The position numbers and the translations under genes were made by a program. A stretch of 64,000 bases of DNA from Candidatus Bathyarchaeota archaeon. GTDB lineage: Archaea; Thermoproteota; Bathyarchaeia; Bathyarchaeales; Bathycorpusculaceae. Of this stretch, positions 62,123 to 64,000 are shown piece by piece (position 1 is the first letter of the stretch; each line of letters starts with the position of its first letter). Where the stretch lies: contig CAWJGR010000030.1 in NCBI GenBank assembly GCA_963842545.1, positions 2,617 to 66,616 on the forward strand, read 5' to 3'. The notes beneath the pieces were generated by a model. It was not told the origin of the DNA. It worked only from the letters and a program-made list of their open reading frames with translations, and made no database searches.

Positions 62123-62890
62123 CTAAATCCCTCTTATTGAATCACACAGCGTACGTGCGGATTTCGCTGGGTCATCTGAATTGGTTATTTCTCTTCCAAC
62201 GATTAAGTAATTTGCACCTGCTTTAATTGCTGTTTCCGCAGCTCCACCCTGAGCACCAACCCCAGGTGAATAAATAGCTACATTTTCACCGAGAATCTGT
62301 TTAACTTCAGCAATTTTTTGAGGAACAGTAGCTCCAACCACACGCCGTCAGCGCCCCATTTCAAAGCTTTTTTTGCAAACGAAACGTATTGCGGGATTTG
62401 TTGGCCTGTTTCTGGGTCAATTATGGTTTGCCCATAGCCTTCGTTTGCGCCTTTATGGCTCATATAAGTGAGCAAGTATTACGCCGCGATTAAGTCGTTT
62501 TGAAACTTCGAAGAGCGGTTTTAAGCCTTCTTCCCAACCAACAAATGGGTTAGCAATTATGGCGTCAAAACCTGCTGCAAAATAGTATTCGGCTATTATT
62601 TGGTTAGTGTTGCCGATGTCGTTGACTTTGGCATCCATGATTGCAAGCATGCCTTCCCCGCGGATCTGCTCCACAAGCTCCTGCACACCGTCAAAGGTGC
62701 CAAGTGGAAGAGTCAAATGATGATTAATCTTAACCGCGCAAATGTAGGGGTGAACAGCTTTGAGAACTTTTTGTGCTTTAACCAAAATTCTATCTCGGTT
62801 CTCAGCAGCTTCGAAGGGAAAATCCAATGCCAAAATAAGGCGGGAATCTTTGCTTTTTGCTGCTTCCTGCATTTTTGCTTTAAACGACAA
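62123..62890 (-). CDS. pyrF: Orotidine-5'-phosphate decarboxylase; frameshifted
   Basis: LILALD, DAKVNDIGNT, VGAT, SPGVGAQGG, IVGR. Confidence 0.95.
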
Positions 62891-63073
62891 TTGCTTTGCC
62901 TCTTGCTATAGGTGTTAGTGCTTGACTATTTCATTTTTTCCATTAAATATCTGTTTAATCCTTCCAGCCTATGAGAGCTTGAAGTTCATTGATTACAATT
63001 TAAAATATTTTAACAGTTACTTGACAAATTCGATTTGCATAAATAAAATGTTGAAAGGGAAAAAAATTAGGTT

Positions 63074-63768
63074 TTACTTTACTACCCAAACTGACGAGTT
63101 GAAAATGTTCCAAGTGATGGTTGCTTTCATTACGGGGTTATTGTATTCATGATAGTTAGTGAGTGTTTCAAGCATACCTGTAGTTTTATCGAAGGTGACG
63201 CCAGTGTAGTCATATCTTAGGGTGCTTTGTGTTGGGTCGTTGACATCGTAGAACTGGTTTTCGATAAACCAGAAGTTGCCCACCTTGAACTGTCAGCAAA
63301 TGTTTTGTATCTGTTCGGTTAACAGTTAATCCATCAAATCCTTTTGGACGAATCAAATCGCCTACTTTTAGGTTTGCTGGGTAAAGAGCCCAGAATCCGT
63401 TTTCATCTGTTTTTTGGCCGCTTGCAATATCAAGTAGTTGCGTCCCAGTTACTTCTGTTCCATTTATGAATCGCCATAATGTATTAATCGATACATTGGT
63501 GCCAGTGATATCTGCAATTGTAATCTTGTAGTAATCTGTTTGATTGTATTGGAAAAACCCAGGAAGTTCCACCGCATCTAAACCAATCAAAGTCGATGTG
63601 CTTGTAATATTATAGATAAAGCTGTCACCAACGTGGACTCCTACCGTGACTACTTTGGGCGAGGGTTTGCAACCACAAATATTACTGCTGCTGCCGCCAC
63701 TATTAATATAAATAAGAGAACGACTGCTGCGTAAATTGTTTTAGATGACCTTTCCGTTTAAATGCCAT
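63074..63768 (-). CDS. Membrane-anchored exported hypothetical protein; frameshifted
   Basis: Basic N-terminus plus TM (AAVVLLFILIVAAAAVIFVVA), GVHVGDSFIY motif, N/T-rich, YDYTGVTFDKTTGML. Confidence 0.65.
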
Positions 63769-63918
63769 AGCTCTAACATTGCCATGGACAAGTATTTAGT
63801 TGTTTTCCCAAAACCCACTAAAAAGTAGGCATTAATTAACAAAGCTGAAATTGATCATTTTTTATTGTAAACTGATAATTTCTCGGTCAATTATGAGAAT
63901 TTTATGTTGCTTTGAGAG

Positions 63919-64000
63919 TCAGTTCTTAGATTCGATTGATTCTGAGGTCAAACTTGGTTTTTCTTCAGCTTGCTTTTTGTTCAAACTAATAGTAAGTTTA
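63919..64000 (-). CDS. Possible C-terminal fragment of a gene entering from beyond the window
   Basis: Open frame KLTISLNKKQAEEKPSLTSESIESKN*. Confidence 0.3.
   Translation of the reverse strand, partial: KLTISLNKKQAEEKPSLTSESIESKN

Overview
Archaeal chromosomal segment, most consistent with Bathyarchaeia (TACK). Markers are eukaryote-type topoisomerase IB, Alba, aRF1, the LysW pathway, Ftr and an intron-less tRNA-Ala without encoded CCA. Many essential genes are broken by single-base indels, which points to an unpolished long-read assembly, so split ORFs were rejoined by hand and their boundaries are approximate. Most of the window is housekeeping or metabolic: lysM-lysWXYZJK, thrC-hom-ask, argGH-carAB, a three-gene sulfide-dependent homocysteine module, a group 3b [NiFe]-hydrogenase, a Pat-type acetyltransferase, a P-type ATPase, pyrF and suhB. 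The top candidate for an undescribed system is a tightly coupled three-gene operon at 570-3932. It encodes a Zn-ribbon membrane protein, a signal-peptide/single-TM protein ending in a 10-Cys tail (CVCACAACACACACVSCACACAGGGAH), and a radical SAM/SPASM enzyme with a frameshift-hidden N-terminal PqqD/RRE-like domain. This looks like a RiPP-style maturase acting on the tail of a membrane protein (inference). Other leads are an unannotated 26-aa acidic Cys-rich micropeptide, a HAD/CTP-dependent lipid kinase fusion, a fasciclin-C2H2 fusion, a DUF2400-like/nuclease fusion, a Dna2-like Fe-S nuclease-helicase, a LysX with a large insertion and a probable hydrogenase beta-gamma fusion. No CRISPR array, rRNA, integrase or transposase was seen.
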